64,000 nucleotides of DNA, from the NCBI GenBank assembly GCA_047600405.1, contig JASGLA010000009.1:14416-78415 (forward strand), in the 5' to 3' direction. Both the position numbers and the translations under genes were made by a program. Positions 26,667 to 35,863 of this stretch are shown in pieces. Origin of the DNA: Paludibacter sp. Lineage in GTDB: Bacteria; Bacteroidota; Bacteroidia; Bacteroidales; Paludibacteraceae. Within the stretch, counting starts at the first letter, position 1; each line of letters starts with the position of its first letter. The notes below the pieces were generated by a model, which saw only the letters and a program-made list of their open reading frames with translations, made no database searches and was not told the DNA's origin.

Positions 26667-26696
26667 TGTGTGAGTTCGAGTCTCATTCTGCGCACG
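26667..26696 (+). repeat. attR core
   Basis: Exact 30-bp copy of 4201-4230. Confidence 0.95.
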
Positions 26697-26702
26697 AACG
26701 AC

Positions 26703-26742
26703 AAAAAAGAGTTTCTTCTGTAATGGAAGAAACTCTTTTTTT
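26703..26742. terminator. Original tRNA-operon terminator displaced by the prophage
   Basis: AAAAAAGAGTTTCTTC-loop-GAAGAAACTCTTTTTT right after attR. Confidence 0.8.
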
Positions 26743-26798
26743 ATTGTTGCAATTCTAAGAATCTGTTGAAATTTTACTTTCAGGTGAAAAAGCTGTTA

Positions 26799-27104
26799 TC
26801 ATAATCCGGCAATATTTGCCAATGGGATCACCCTCCGGATATAAACAACGTCGTTTATCACATTATAAATAATTGCCATGCGTTTGTAATTCAAGCGGCG
26901 TGGTGATGGTCCGTATTGTTGTAATGATTTACGGGTTTGAATTGAATAACTTTCGGCACTTTTTGATAAAGAATGGATTGTATTTTTCAATCCCTGAAGA
27001 TAACGTTTTGCCGTATCAGGCGATTTATATTCAAAAGTTATAACATTAAATAAATCTATCAAATCATCTTTTGAATCATCAGAATAGACAATGTTATATT
27101 TCAT
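26799..27104 (-). CDS. RelE/ParE-family toxin
   Basis: 101 aa, YNIVYSDDSKDDL...AIIYNVINDVVYIRRVI pattern. Confidence 0.8.
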   Translation of the reverse strand: MKYNIVYSDDSKDDLIDLFNVITFEYKSPDTAKRYLQGLKNTIHSLSKSAESYSIQTRKSLQQYGPSPRRLNYKRMAIIYNVINDVVYIRRVIPLANIAGL

Positions 27105-27307
27105 TTGAATTTGTGGTTAGTTCCGTAATGTTGATTGAATTTCGTTTCGATTTCCGACCATACCTCTTCATGTGAGTATAATTTTTGCCCTGCAATAGCA
27201 TCAGGCAAAGGATATTCTACTTTCACCGTTTTAGGATGTTTTTCCAACTCTTTGAGTAATTTTCTACCGGTTGGAGTATCAATGTTTATTTGTGCTGTAA
27301 CAGTCAT
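27101..27307 (-). CDS. Putative cognate antitoxin
   Basis: 68 aa, upstream of and overlapping the toxin by 4 bp. Confidence 0.65.
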   Translation of the reverse strand: MTVTAQINIDTPTGRKLLKELEKHPKTVKVEYPLPDAIAGQKLYSHEEVWSEIETKFNQHYGTNHKFK

Positions 27308-27426
27308 GATTGTGAATTTTGGGCGATTGAATAATGATACAAAGATAATTATTGTTTGAATCTAATTGATTTATAAGACAAAAAATGTTGGCTTTCTGAA
27401 AACAGGTTCTTTTTGTTGAAGTGTTT

Positions 27427-28332
27427 TTATTCACAGCATTTTTCAAAAATACATCGCTCATCAGCCGTTTCAAATTCTATGGTTGCATGTTGTATTCCTT
27501 TTTCCTGCAACGAATCCCGGATCTGAGCTTTCAGTTCGGCAAGTTTTTCCATGTCCAACGAATTATTCAATACAACATGTACAGTCAGCACATTGTAGTT
27601 GCCATCTACGGACCACACATGTAAATCATGAACGTTTTCCACATCTTCAAATTGTTGTAAATGTTCCGAAATAGCTGTGATATCAACCTCTTCGGGAATG
27701 CCCTGAAGAATGATCCGCAGGCTTTGACGGATATTTTTGAAAACATTGTACAAAATAAAGCAGGCAATGGCAACGGACATAATCGGGTCGAGGATGGGTA
27801 CATTCCAAAAATGCATAACCACCGATCCGATAAGGATGGCAAGCCAACCCAATACATCTTCGAGCAAGTGCAGCGAAACTACTTTTTCGTTAATCGAACT
27901 TCCTTTTTTCAAGCGAAGAACGGCCGCTCCGTTTACAAGTATCCCTAAAATGGCCAACAAAAACATCCCTTCGGCATTGGCTGTTACCGGATGAAATAAC
28001 CTGGGGATGGCAGCGGTGAGAATCAGGACGCTTCCTGTAACCAATACAATTGAATTGATAATGGCGCCCATAAGCGAAAATCGTTTGTAGCCGTAGGAAT
28101 AGGAGGTGTCGCTTCCTTTTTTAGCCAATTTCTGAAAATACCAGGCTAGACCAAGCGACAGGCAATCGCCCAAATCGTGCACCGCATCGGAAATAATGGC
28201 GATGCTGTTTGTCAGAAACCCTCCGACGATTTCAATAACGGTGAAAAATAAATTGAGCAGAAAGGCTACTTTGATATTTTTTACATCGGAATGATGGTGA
28301 TGGTCGTGATGATTATGATGATCGTGTGACAT
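27427..28332 (-). CDS. Cation diffusion facilitator (CzcD/ZitB-like) metal efflux transporter
   Basis: His-rich N-terminus, SDAVHDLGD, HLLED, VHDLHVW. Confidence 0.92.
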   Translation of the reverse strand: MSHDHHNHHDHHHHSDVKNIKVAFLLNLFFTVIEIVGGFLTNSIAIISDAVHDLGDCLSLGLAWYFQKLAKKGSDTSYSYGYKRFSLMGAIINSIVLVTGSVLILTAAIPRLFHPVTANAEGMFLLAILGILVNGAAVLRLKKGSSINEKVVSLHLLEDVLGWLAILIGSVVMHFWNVPILDPIMSVAIACFILYNVFKNIRQSLRIILQGIPEEVDITAISEHLQQFEDVENVHDLHVWSVDGNYNVLTVHVVLNNSLDMEKLAELKAQIRDSLQEKGIQHATIEFETADERCIFEKCCE

Positions 28333-28443
28333 GTTTTTGTATTTTAGTTATCGAACAATCTTTGATTGAAACTGTTCGGAAATAATTGCGAAATAGCAGC
28401 CTGAAAAACTGATTCTGCCACTAATTTTGCCTTCAAAAGTAGT

Positions 28444-29029
28444 TTATTTTTTTGTTTTTTCTGTTGCTAAGGGGAAAGTTTCAATCGGATAATATTTCAC
28501 GCCGGCTTGTGTCTGCTTGCTTTCAAAAAGAACAATTTCCCGGGCAGTGTATTCAAATTGATCGGTGCTTTGCCATTTATTCAGAGTGTTTTCAAGTAGC
28601 GTAGAATCTTTTTGCCCTGGAGCGAAGCGCCCGATTGTCAAATGAGGTTGAAATGCTTTGTTATCGGAAGGATAGCCAAGAGAAGCCAAAGTCTTGTCAA
28701 TCTCATTTTTCAGGTTAGTAAGTTGGCTCGAATGCTTCAATGCCCAACCACAAAACCCGCGCTTCTTGTCTGTTTCTGAAAATGTCAGGTCCGTTAATCG
28801 AAAATCTGAAAGCCTGAACGTTGTTTAAGGCTTCGTGCAAATGTTTCTGAATAAACTCTATTTGTTCTTCAGTTAATTCGCCGAAGAAAAATAAAGTCAC
28901 ATGAAAATTGTCGGTGCTGACCCATTTTATGCGATAAGTCCGCAATTGTTCTTGCAACTTTTTCAGCTTTATGGCGGTAGGCTTAATAGGGCCGACTGTG
29001 AAAGCCAGAAAAACCCTCTTCTTTTTCAT
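28444..29029 (-). pseudogene. thpR: Frameshifted copy of RNA 2',3'-cyclic phosphodiesterase
   Basis: Same as 29976-30560 except for an extra G near 28730. Confidence 0.8.
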
Positions 29030-29073
29030 GCGCTGTGAATTGTTCTAATCCAACAAATAGCTAAGGCCAAAGG

Positions 29074-29439
29074 TTGTTGAGCCGACATCCAACACTGTTT
29101 AGTTGACATCCATCATTGTCGAATCGACATCCATCATTGTTTAGTTGGCACCCATCATTGTCGAATTGACATCCAACACTGTTTAGTTGACATCCATCAT
29201 TGTCGAATCGACATCCATCATTGTTTAGTTGCCACCCATCAATGTTGAACCGACATCCATCATGTTTAGTTGACATTCATCAATGTTTAGTTGACATCCA
29301 TCATTGTTTAGTTGACATTCATCAATGTTGAACCGACATCCATCATTGTTTAGTTGACATCCATCAATGTTGAACCGACATCCATCATTGTTTAGTTGTC
29401 ATCCATCATTGTTGAATCGACAACCATCATTGTTGAGCC
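29074..29439. repeat. 21-bp minisatellite (about 17 degenerate units), copy 1
   Basis: Consensus GTTGACATCCATCATTGTTTA. Confidence 0.9.
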
Positions 29440-29442
29440 TGT

Positions 29443-29975
29443 CTATTTGAACCATTTTTTTACTTCTACATCATATCCTGCGCCCTGCATGTAATTGTAA
29501 GTGGCCAGATTTAGCCCTTTCCCGTAGTAGTCCAGGTCAATTTCGGGCGAGGTGCTGAATGGAATTTCGTTGTTGGCAAAGGGGTTTGATGCTGTCTGAA
29601 GCGATTTTGCGCCCACGCTTTCGGGTTGTTGTCCCGACGGGCTATGCGCGGTCATGGCGTAGCGGTGCCAGAATGCCGATTGGATATATCCTTCTTCGAA
29701 TAACCCGCGCACTACTTCCAGCGAATCAATGGTTTCCCTGGCTGTTTGAGTCGGGAATCCGTACATCAGGTAAGCGTGGGTCATAATACCTGCTTCGGTA
29801 AAGTTTTTCATGCTTTCGCGGGCAGTTTCAATGGTTATGCCTTTGTTTATAAGCTTCAGGATGCGTGGCGAAGCCACTTCCAGTCCACCCGAAATGGCAA
29901 TGCAGCCTGACTGTGCCATCAGGTAACATAACTCAGGGGTAAATGATTTTTCAAAGCGGACATTGGTCCAGTAAC
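29443..29975 (-). pseudogene. Duplicated 3' fragment of the radical SAM gene
   Basis: Matches the last 533 bp of 30975-32756. Confidence 0.85.
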
Positions 29976-30560
29976 TTATTTTTTTGTTTTTTCTGTTGCT
30001 AAGGGGAAAGTTTCAATCGGATAATATTTCACGCCGGCTTGTGTCTGCTTGCTTTCAAAAAGAACAATTTCCCGGGCAGTGTATTCAAATTGATCGGTGC
30101 TTTGCCATTTATTCAGAGTGTTTTCAAGTAGCGTAGAATCTTTTTGCCCTGGAGCGAAGCGCCCGATTGTCAAATGAGGTTGAAATGCTTTGTTATCGGA
30201 AGGATAGCCAAGAGAAGCCAAAGTCTTGTCAATCTCATTTTTCAGGTTAGTAAGTTGGCTCAATGCTTCAATGCCCAACCACAAAACCCGCGCTTCTTGT
30301 CTGTTTCTGAAAATGTCAGGTCCGTTAATCGAAAATCTGAAAGCCTGAACGTTGTTTAAGGCTTCGTGCAAATGTTTCTGAATAAACTCTATTTGTTCTT
30401 CAGTTAATTCGCCGAAGAAAAATAAAGTCACATGAAAATTGTCGGTGCTGACCCATTTTATGCGATAAGTCCGCAATTGTTCTTGCAACTTTTTCAGCTT
30501 TATGGCGGTAGGCTTAATAGGGCCGACTGTGAAAGCCAGAAAAACCCTCTTCTTTTTCAT
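29976..30560 (-). CDS. thpR: RNA 2',3'-cyclic phosphodiesterase (2'-5' RNA ligase family)
   Basis: Two HxT motifs (FHVTL, PHLTI). Confidence 0.9.
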   Translation of the reverse strand: MKKKRVFLAFTVGPIKPTAIKLKKLQEQLRTYRIKWVSTDNFHVTLFFFGELTEEQIEFIQKHLHEALNNVQAFRFSINGPDIFRNRQEARVLWLGIEALSQLTNLKNEIDKTLASLGYPSDNKAFQPHLTIGRFAPGQKDSTLLENTLNKWQSTDQFEYTAREIVLFESKQTQAGVKYYPIETFPLATEKTKK

Positions 30561-30604
30561 GCGCTGTGAATTGTTCTAATCCAACAAATAGCTAAGGCCA
30601 AAGG

Positions 30605-30971
30605 TTGTTGAGCCGACATCCAACACTGTTTAGTTGACATCCATCATTGTCGAATCGACATCCATCATTGTTTAGTTGGCACCCATCATTGTCGAATTGA
30701 CATCCAACACTGTTTAGTTGACATCCATCATTGTCGAATCGACATCCATCATTGTTTAGTTGCCACCCATCAATGTTGAACCGACATCCATCATTGTTTA
30801 GTTGACATTCATCAATGTTTAGTTGACATCCATCATTGTTTAGTTGACATTCATCAATGTTGAACCGACATCCATCATTGTTTAGTTGACATCCATCAAT
30901 GTTGAACCGACATCCATCATTGTTTAGTTGTCATCCATCATTGTTGAATCGACAACCATCATTGTTGAGCC
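30605..30971. repeat. 21-bp minisatellite, copy 2
   Basis: Same unit as 29074-29439. Confidence 0.9.
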
Positions 30972-30974
30972 TGT

Positions 30975-32756
30975 CTATTTGAACCATTTTTTTACTTCTA
31001 CATCATATCCTGCGCCCTGCATGTAATTGTAAGTGGCCAGATTTAGCCCTTTCCCGTAGTAGTCCAGGTCAATTTCGGGCGAGGTGCTGAATGGAATTTC
31101 GTTGTTGGCAAAGGGGTTTGATGCTGTCTGAAGCGATTTTGCGCCCACGCTTTCGGGTTGTTGTCCCGACGGGCTATGCGCGGTCATGGCGTAGCGGTGC
31201 CAGAATGCCGATTGGATATATCCTTCTTCGAATAACCCGCGCACTACTTCCAGCGAATCAATGGTTTCCCTGGCTGTTTGAGTCGGGAATCCGTACATCA
31301 GGTAAGCGTGGGTCATAATACCTGCTTCGGTAAAGTTTTTCATGCTTTCGCGGGCAGTTTCAATGGTTATGCCTTTGTTTATAAGCTTCAGGATGCGTGG
31401 CGAAGCCACTTCCAGTCCACCCGAAATGGCAATGCAGCCTGACTGTGCCATCAGGTAACATAACTCAGGGGTAAATGATTTTTCAAAGCGGACATTGGTC
31501 CAGTAACTTACCGTGAGTTTCCGGCGGATAATTTCTTCGGATAATTTGCGGAGCAGGGCAGGAGGGGCTGCTTCGTCCACAAAATGAAACCCAGATTGTC
31601 CGGTTTGTTGCATAATGGTTTCCATGCGGTCCACCACCAGCTCTATCGGGGCTGTTTCGTAGCGGTTGATATAATCCAGCGTGCCATCGCAAAAAGTACA
31701 TTTTCCCCAGTAGCAGCCATGCGCCAGCAACATTTTGTTCCAACGGCCGTTGCTCCACAACGCGTGCATAGGGTTGGTCAGTTCTATAAGGTTGATGTAA
31801 TTGTTTTCCAGCAGTCCATCGTAATCCGGCGTGCCGCTTTGAGCAAACTTTATGTTTTCTTTGCTGTCGAAATTTACGCGGACAATTTCTCCCTGTTCGT
31901 TGCGGTAAAGCGTCCGGATTAGTTCTCCTCCTGATATCAATCGTAAAAGCGGTAATTCGCCATTGTCAAATGTCAGGTAATCAATATAATTGAAAATCGT
32001 CGGCTCGCTAATGCTTCTCAACTCCGTATTTACATATCCGCCGCCCATGACTATTTTTATAGCCGGGAAATGCTGTTTCAGCCATTGGGCGCAACGTAAT
32101 GCACTGTACAGATTTCCGGGAAATGGAACGGTGAGTCCAACCATTTCGGGCTTTGTATCGGCAATTTTCCGGGCAAAAATATCCAGCATTAATTGGTCTA
32201 TAAGCGAAAGCGGCTTCTCCAGTTCTTGTTGCAACGGCTCAAATTCCGGCAGGCGCAGGCAAAGTGATTCGGCATACCGGATCAGTTCAAAATGCGGATC
32301 GATAGTTTGATTGATGAACTCACATATATCTTTCAAGAAAAGCGTGCAAAGATGAGTGGCCCGGTCGTGGTTTCCAATCAGTCCGAATCCCCATTCCAGG
32401 TCATCTTCGGAAGGTAGCCGTTTGCTTGTCGGCCAGAAATCGCGATTGCTGAACCGTTGGGCCAGCGAGTTGTCCCTGCCGCTCAGAGAACGCATCACAG
32501 GTTCAATGGTACGGGTATAAAAGTCTGCTTGTTGGAGTATGATTTTATGTTGCTTTGAAAGTCTTGGAAATGCAGCTGCCTGTTGAAAAATTTCATCCAG
32601 TTTATCGGCTTTGAAAAGCGCTTCGATAAGTTCAATGCTCAAATCTGATTGCTTTGTATCAATGCCTTGCGAACGTAAAAATCCAGTTAGGTGACAAGTA
32701 GCGGGGTAGGGTGTGTTGAGTTGCGTAAGCGGCGGGGTAACAAGCAGGACTTTCAT
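30975..32756 (-). CDS. B12-binding radical SAM protein
   Basis: CYWGKCTFC CxxxCxxC motif, N-terminal cobalamin-binding-like region. Confidence 0.88.
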   Translation of the reverse strand: MKVLLVTPPLTQLNTPYPATCHLTGFLRSQGIDTKQSDLSIELIEALFKADKLDEIFQQAAAFPRLSKQHKIILQQADFYTRTIEPVMRSLSGRDNSLAQRFSNRDFWPTSKRLPSEDDLEWGFGLIGNHDRATHLCTLFLKDICEFINQTIDPHFELIRYAESLCLRLPEFEPLQQELEKPLSLIDQLMLDIFARKIADTKPEMVGLTVPFPGNLYSALRCAQWLKQHFPAIKIVMGGGYVNTELRSISEPTIFNYIDYLTFDNGELPLLRLISGGELIRTLYRNEQGEIVRVNFDSKENIKFAQSGTPDYDGLLENNYINLIELTNPMHALWSNGRWNKMLLAHGCYWGKCTFCDGTLDYINRYETAPIELVVDRMETIMQQTGQSGFHFVDEAAPPALLRKLSEEIIRRKLTVSYWTNVRFEKSFTPELCYLMAQSGCIAISGGLEVASPRILKLINKGITIETARESMKNFTEAGIMTHAYLMYGFPTQTARETIDSLEVVRGLFEEGYIQSAFWHRYAMTAHSPSGQQPESVGAKSLQTASNPFANNEIPFSTSPEIDLDYYGKGLNLATYNYMQGAGYDVEVKKWFK

Positions 32757-32875
32757 TGGAACTATTTTTGTGCAAACTTACAGAATAAATTTTGCAAAGC
32801 CGAAAAAATGAGATTTTTTCCAACAAAATTCCCGCTATGCCGTTAATATGTTGTATTTTTGCAAATCAGGAAAAA

Positions 32876-33010
32876 GGGTTTCGCGGTTTGCAACCAATGG
32901 ATATAAGCATTATATCACTATAATAAAGGGGAATCTTGTAATTGAGTTGGGTTTCTCGGTTTGCAACCGCGGCATTAACTTTAATAACGCGGTTGCAAAC
33001 CGTGAAACCC
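32876..33010. repeat. REP-like inverted repeats
   Basis: GGGTTTCxCGGTTTGCAACC at 32876 and 32949, inverted copy at 32988-33010. Confidence 0.7.
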
Positions 33011-33046
33011 ACTTGAGTTGTAACATTTTTTATTATTTAAACGGCC

Positions 33047-35734
33047 ATGAATAAAAAAGTAAAAAAAGGACTTACCATTGGTTTGTCGGTTTTCGTTGTA
33101 ATTTTTGCTGCGTTATTGGTTTTGCCTTTTGCCTTCAAAGGGAAAATTACCACCATTGCCAAAGATAAAATCAATGGCATGCTTAACGCAAAGGTCGACT
33201 TTGAGAATGTGAATGTGAGTTTTATCCGCAGTTTTCCGAATGTGTCGGTGAAGCTGGAAAATTTTCATATTATTGGCAACGGTGAATTTGCAAAAGATAC
33301 CTTGCTGGCCAGCGAGGACATTGACCTGGTGCTGAATCTGAAGAGTTTGTTCTCGGACAAAGGCTACGAAATCCGGACGTTGCAATTCAACAATTCAAAA
33401 GTATTTGCCCATGTGTTGCCCAATGGGAAGGCCAATTGGAGCATTATGAAAGAAGATTCAACCGCCGTAGAGGATACTTCGGCTATGAGTTTCAATTTCA
33501 AGCTGAATGATTTTGTGATTGATAACGCAGACGTGGTTTATTGGGATGAAGAAGGCAATATGAAAGCCGTGCTGCGCAAACTGAATCACCATACTTCGGG
33601 CGATCTGACGGCTGACAGTTCTATGCTCGTTACCAAAACTACCCTTGATACGCTGAACTTCTGGATGGACGATGTGCAATACATTTCCAAAGCCGATGCG
33701 GAACTTAATGCTAATATCAATGCCAACCTGAATAAAATGCTTTTTAAATTCAGCGAGAATTCTTCACGCATCAATGCTATTCCATTTTCGTTGAACGGTT
33801 GGTTTCAAATGCTTGACGAAGGCTACGATATGGATTTGAAACTGAATGCCGAAAAAGTAGACTTCAAGGCCATTTTGTCCATGATTCCGGCTATTTATGC
33901 CGAATCGTTCGAGGGTATGAAAGCCGGCGGAAAAGTAGATATGAGCGGTTTTATAAAAGGCAAAATGGTTGGTGACTATTATCCTGCTTTCGACTTTAAA
34001 CTTACTGCCGTGAATGGTTGGTTCCAATACCCGAGCCTGCCTAAATCCCTGGAAAAAATCAATGTGGCGGCTCATATTACCAACCCCGGAAAAACGCTCG
34101 ACGAAACGGTTATTGATATTTCCAAATTTGCATTCGTGTTGGGTGGCAATCCTTTTACTGCTCAAATGCGCATTGCGTACCCTATGTCCGACCCTGAATT
34201 GATAATGAAAGCCGTTGGGAAAATAAATCTGGGAATGATCAAGGATATTTATCCGTTGGATGCTTCCACCAGTCTGAATGGCGTGTTGGATATGAATCTG
34301 GATCTGGCCGGACGAATGTCGTACTATGATAACAATCAATACGAGAAATTTAAATTTGGCGGCATGATGAATATCAGCAATATGCTGGTAAAAATGAGTT
34401 CGTTGCCGCAGGATGTTTCCATTGCCAAAGCCAATATGGTTTTCAATAACCGGTATGTGGATTTGTCTACGCTTCAAATGAAAATTGGCCGCAATGATGT
34501 GACAGCGAGCGGGAAGCTGGAGAATTTTGTAGCTTACGCCCTTCGTGATAAAACGCTGAAAGGATCGTTGAACCTGCAATCGAATTATTTCAACGTGAGC
34601 GATTTTATGTCGGCCGACAAAGCAAAACCCGAAACAAAAGCTACGCCTGATACGTCTAAGTTGACTGTGATTACCATTCCGAAAAATATCGACTTCACGA
34701 TGCAAGCCGATTTTAAAAAGCTGGTTTATGAAAAAATGAATTTTGCCAATGCCAAAGGTGTACTTACGGTGGCTAACGGCGATATGAAATTTCAGAATAT
34801 GAGTGTTCAGGCATTTGGCGGAAACATGGTTGTGAATGGCTTGTATGGTGCCAGCGACCCTAAAAAGCCGGTAGTTAACTTTGATATGGCCGTAAATGAA
34901 GTGATGTTTACCGAAGTATTTAAACAAGTGGAAACACTGCAAAAACTGGCTCCTATTTTTGAAAAGGCAACAGGTAAATTTTCAACGAAATTGTCGTTCA
35001 ATTCATTGCTGAAAAATGATATGATGCCGGATTTGGCATCGCTGATCGGTAATGGATCATTCTCTACTAAAGCGGTCGGATTGACGAATGTACCTGCGCT
35101 GAATGCGTTGGCTGCCGGATTGAAACGTGCCGACTTGAACCCTATGTCCATTAAAGATCTGGGACTTTTGTTTGAAATAAAGGATGGAAAGCTGAATACC
35201 AAGCCGTTTAATTTCAAAGTTGGTGATGTGAAAATGACGTTGGGCGGAAGTACCGGATTGGATAAATCAATCGCTTACGTTGGAAAGGTTCAATTACCGG
35301 ATAAACTCAATTTAGGAAATTATTCGACGGTAGGCGTGAAAATTGGTGGTACTTTTACCAAGCCAAAAGTGGAAATTGACTGGAAAAATATGCTGAACAC
35401 ACTCGTTACAGATACCAAAGCAAAAGCTGTGACTGAAGTCAACAAGAAAATTGATACAGCAAAACCACAGGCAATTAAAGCTGCACAAGATCAGGCAGAT
35501 AAATTAAGAGCTGATGCCAAAGCTGCTGGCGATAAACTGTTGGCCGAAGCTAAAGCACAGGGCGATCTGTTGGTAGCAAAGGCCTCGAATCCCATTACCA
35601 AAGCCATTGCTCAAAAAGCGGCTCAAAAATTGATGGATGAAGCTCAGAAAAAGGTAAATGACTTAAATGCTAAAGCCGATGTCCAGGCTAAGCAATTGAT
35701 TCAAAAGGCAGCTGATAATGCTAAGGTGCAGTAA
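33047..35734 (+). CDS. AsmA-family protein
   Basis: N-terminal TM, long beta-rich body, C-terminal Ala/Lys-rich helix. Confidence 0.8.
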   Translation: MNKKVKKGLTIGLSVFVVIFAALLVLPFAFKGKITTIAKDKINGMLNAKVDFENVNVSFIRSFPNVSVKLENFHIIGNGEFAKDTLLASEDIDLVLNLKSLFSDKGYEIRTLQFNNSKVFAHVLPNGKANWSIMKEDSTAVEDTSAMSFNFKLNDFVIDNADVVYWDEEGNMKAVLRKLNHHTSGDLTADSSMLVTKTTLDTLNFWMDDVQYISKADAELNANINANLNKMLFKFSENSSRINAIPFSLNGWFQMLDEGYDMDLKLNAEKVDFKAILSMIPAIYAESFEGMKAGGKVDMSGFIKGKMVGDYYPAFDFKLTAVNGWFQYPSLPKSLEKINVAAHITNPGKTLDETVIDISKFAFVLGGNPFTAQMRIAYPMSDPELIMKAVGKINLGMIKDIYPLDASTSLNGVLDMNLDLAGRMSYYDNNQYEKFKFGGMMNISNMLVKMSSLPQDVSIAKANMVFNNRYVDLSTLQMKIGRNDVTASGKLENFVAYALRDKTLKGSLNLQSNYFNVSDFMSADKAKPETKATPDTSKLTVITIPKNIDFTMQADFKKLVYEKMNFANAKGVLTVANGDMKFQNMSVQAFGGNMVVNGLYGASDPKKPVVNFDMAVNEVMFTEVFKQVETLQKLAPIFEKATGKFSTKLSFNSLLKNDMMPDLASLIGNGSFSTKAVGLTNVPALNALAAGLKRADLNPMSIKDLGLLFEIKDGKLNTKPFNFKVGDVKMTLGGSTGLDKSIAYVGKVQLPDKLNLGNYSTVGVKIGGTFTKPKVEIDWKNMLNTLVTDTKAKAVTEVNKKIDTAKPQAIKAAQDQADKLRADAKAAGDKLLAEAKAQGDLLVAKASNPITKAIAQKAAQKLMDEAQKKVNDLNAKADVQAKQLIQKAADNAKVQ

Positions 35735-35752
35735 TAGTTCAGAGATATTTGT

Positions 35753-35853
35753 AGTCGAATATCGCGAACGAAGTGAGCAAATATCACGAAGTAAATATCA
35801 CGAACAAAGTGAGTAGATAACACGAAGTGAGTAAATATCACGAAGTAAATAAC
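35753..35853. repeat. Short intergenic tandem repeat
   Basis: Several copies of AATATCACGAAG(TGAG)TA. Confidence 0.7.
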
Positions 35854-35863
35854 AATAGTACGG

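Larger units (their letters stand above)
4201..26696. mobile_element. Integrated prophage (22,466-bp excisable unit), probably a tailless membrane-containing virus
   Basis: 30-bp direct repeats at both ends matching the tRNA 3' end, integrase next to attL, lysis enzymes, primase-helicase, divergent HTH regulators, long minus-strand late operon. Confidence 0.93.
28444..31510. repeat. Tandem duplication, unit about 1,532 bp (28444-29975 and 29976-31507)
   Basis: Near-identical copies; TTA microhomology at the junction; copy 1 has one extra and one missing base. Confidence 0.9.

Noticed and set aside
4201-26696. Element as an ICE, mobilisable transposon or phage satellite
   Set aside because: No relaxase or T4SS genes are recognisable, and it carries its own lysis and structural-like operon; a satellite lifestyle is not fully excluded
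26799-27307. TA pair as prophage cargo
   Set aside because: It lies outside attR and beyond the displaced tRNA terminator
29061-29276. 71-aa NNDGCQL repeat ORF as a real gene
   Set aside because: It exists only because of a 1-bp deletion in copy 1 of the duplication and has no equivalent in copy 2
29074-30971. 21-bp repeats as a CRISPR array
   Set aside because: Units are contiguous with no unique spacers, and there are no cas genes
33764-34942. 392-aa minus-strand ORF (and similar long antisense ORFs at 43627-44520 and 45669-46280)
   Set aside because: Antisense to well-supported genes (AsmA family, coaBC, recN) with no protein-like motifs
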